Shown here piece after piece: positions 62,043 to 64,000 of a DNA stretch of 64,000 bases. The DNA lies in contig OY829846.1 in assembly GCA_963691875.1 (NCBI GenBank), positions 2,464,001 to 2,528,000 of the forward strand, in the 5' to 3' direction. Every line of letters begins with the position of its first letter. The first letter of the stretch is position 1. The notes below the pieces were generated by a model. The model was not told the DNA's origin, did not search any database, and worked only from the letters and a program-made list of their open reading frames with translations. The stretch comes from Aureliella sp. (GTDB lineage Bacteria; Planctomycetota; Planctomycetia; Pirellulales; Pirellulaceae). The position numbers and the translations under genes were made by a program.

Positions 62043-64000
62043 CTACAGTGCTCGCAGGAACTCGATGATGGCATTCAGATCTTGGGGTTTCAGTTTTGTT
62101 TCAAAACCTTCGGGCATGAGAGAGACGCGTGAATCGGTGAGATTTTCGATTTCGGATCGTTCGATGATCATGTTCTTGCCATTTGCCAGTCCAAGCTTGA
62201 GGCTTAAGTCTGTTTGTTCCAGCACCACACCTGAGAAGACTTGTCCTGACTTGGTCAACACCTTGTACTGCTTGTACTTCCCTTCGACTGTCGCGTTGGG
62301 ATCCAGCACAGCCGATACCCATTGAGCCTTCGACCACTTTTTCAAATTCGAAATGGCTGGGCCAATCGAGGTGCTGAGCTCGTACGATGACCGAAGACCC
62401 CTTTGGTGGCAAACCGCACAGTGTTCCTGAAAAAGCCGTTTTCCTCTTTCGGTGTCACTTGCCTCACCAGCCAGCTGATCGATCTGTTGCAGATAACTTT
62501 CGAGTAACTCTATTCTCTGATTAGGCGTCGGCTTGGCGACGAGCGTTCCTAGACGCTTCATAACATCATAGGCCTCATAGTTCTGCAGTCCGCTAAGCGT
62601 TGAGGTATCGAGGTCGCTGATGGCGATATCACCTTGCTCCAAAGCATCGACGAGTTGCAAGACCCAGCTTCGACGTTGCAGCAACGTTGCACCCGCACTG
62701 GTGCGTTCTGCAGGAACAAGCTCATGCCAAGCGGACAGCAGGACAGAAGCGATTTCATCAGACTCAATTCGGTAGGCCGCAGCAAGCGCGGCTTCGCGAA
62801 TCCTTCCCGGCTGATCTGGTCTTAGCATCACACGCAGATCAGTGAGCTGTTGTGAGACCGGAAGAAGACTGGAGCCAAGCAGCTGGGTGGCACGTAGCCT
62901 GAAGGCGAGCGGAATGGCATTGTCGGTCATTTGCTCTCGAATTTGCACCGCCGCTTGTTCGAGCGACTTACGTTCCGCATCAGGTATGCCAACCCGCGCC
63001 GCGACCAATAACAGCATCCACTGAACCGATGTCAGCTTGCCGTTCAGCTCTGTGAGACTTTTCCCCAGCTCCAAACGCGACTGTTCATCGCACCGACTCC
63101 ATAGCGATTCGATACAACGCTGCAGATTCTGCCACTGCTGCGGGCTGATCGATTCGTGGCTTTCCAGCCAGGACAACAGCGCCCGAATTGCAATAGGAGC
63201 TTTCTTCTCAGACGCGAGTGAGATCGCGTCTTCAGCCCACTTGGTGCCTCCCAGTTCGGAAATCAATCTCGAAAATGGCTCATTCGCAGCGTCAGAAGCT
63301 GAATCTCCGAGTGCCACCAAAAGGGAAAGCTGAACAGCCGGATTTTTAGCAGTTGGCGCACGCGCGAATTCAAGCATAGCTACTTCGGCGTTGTGGCTTC
63401 CCTGTGAAGCGAGACGAAGCGCCCGAGCAACAACTTGGGGTTCAGCATCGTAGAGAATCCTTTGCCAATCCGCCTTGGTTTCGATACCAGCGGCGCGAAG
63501 CAAGCAGAACGCCTGCAGTCGCACCGCTGCATCTTCAGACTCAAGCAGGTGTAAAACCATCTGACGAAGACCTTTTGGCTCACGCCACAGTAGCTGCTGA
63601 CAGGTCAGATCTCGAAGCGTGCCACTGGGACTCCTCAGTGCATCGATTAGATCTGAGGTTTTCTGGGCTTGTAGGTTCATCGAACGCCAATCCCCGGAGC
63701 CTGACTTTGTGACTCGGTAGATGCGTCCAGCGTGTTCTCCAGCACGCAGATTCAATCGATCCTGCCAAGCATCTGGAATCCACTCAGGATGCTCAATCAC
63801 CCTGCGATACATATCTACTATCCAGAGACTGCCATCTGGAGCTTCGACTGCTCGTACGGGACGAGACCAAGTATCGGAAGAACTGATGAAATCGTATTTT
63901 TGGTCCACTTTGAAACGCTTTCCACTGACAAAGGGGCCATCGTTGCTGAGCTTGAATCGGGCAACTAGATTGTGCACCGGTTCACACACCAGAGCCGCAT
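62043..64000 (-). CDS. PVC-type heme-binding membrane-bound dehydrogenase-like protein, partial (5' end outside window)
   Basis: CEPVHNLV, RPV..APDGSLWIVDMYRRVIEHP, CAVCH, SLMPEG. Confidence 0.9.
   Translation of the reverse strand, partial: AALVCEPVHNLVARFKLSNDGPFVSGKRFKVDQKYDFISSSDTWSRPVRAVEAPDGSLWIVDMYRRVIEHPEWIPDAWQDRLNLRAGEHAGRIYRVTKSGSGDWRSMNLQAQKTSDLIDALRSPSGTLRDLTCQQLLWREPKGLRQMVLHLLESEDAAVRLQAFCLLRAAGIETKADWQRILYDAEPQVVARALRLASQGSHNAEVAMLEFARAPTAKNPAVQLSLLVALGDSASDAANEPFSRLISELGGTKWAEDAISLASEKKAPIAIRALLSWLESHESISPQQWQNLQRCIESLWSRCDEQSRLELGKSLTELNGKLTSVQWMLLLVAARVGIPDAERKSLEQAAVQIREQMTDNAIPLAFRLRATQLLGSSLLPVSQQLTDLRVMLRPDQPGRIREAALAAAYRIESDEIASVLLSAWHELVPAERTSAGATLLQRRSWVLQLVDALEQGDIAISDLDTSTLSGLQNYEAYDVMKRLGTLVAKPTPNQRIELLESYLQQIDQLAGEASDTERGKRLFQEHCAVCHQRGLRSSYELSTSIGPAISNLKKWSKAQWVSAVLDPNATVEGKYKQYKVLTKSGQVFSGVVLEQTDLSLKLGLANGKNMIIERSEIENLTDSRVSLMPEGFETKLKPQDLNAIIEFLRAL

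Overview
Planctomycete (Pirellulaceae-like) chromosomal window, judged from the DUF1501, DUF1549/DUF1553, DUF1552/DUF1588, DUF1559 and PVC-type heme-binding genes. 1-11.9 kb holds mixed genes: the end of a thioesterase domain, a decayed RNA ligase, a sulfatase, a TlpA-like redoxin, a TPR protein, an oxidoreductase, panE and tRNA-Pro(TGG). It also holds a probable exported selenoprotein (UxxC motif plus SECIS-like hairpin) that the ORF track splits in two. 12-30.4 kb holds two tandem paralogous modules (ECF sigma, FecR anti-sigma, secreted accessory proteins, DUF1549/1553, DUF1501). Each is preceded by a copy of a tRNA-Pro-3'-end-derived repeat, and a short SHOCT-like motif (L..V..G.LT.E.A..L) recurs in both anti-sigmas and the accessory proteins. 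30.8-53 kb has a glycoside hydrolase, a DUF1559 pseudogene, a BlaI/BlaR1-like pair, AMP nucleosidase, an orphan ABC ATPase, a large heme protein, a disrupted DUF1588 gene and a DPP-IV. 53.2-62 kb is a probable zinc-starvation cluster (DUF318 permease, CC-motif partner, decayed COG0523 and WD40 genes, hisI, cysS, DUF1826, intact COG0523) with tandem TGCA-N7-TGCA boxes. Family assignments come from motif recognition by eye; no database searches were run.
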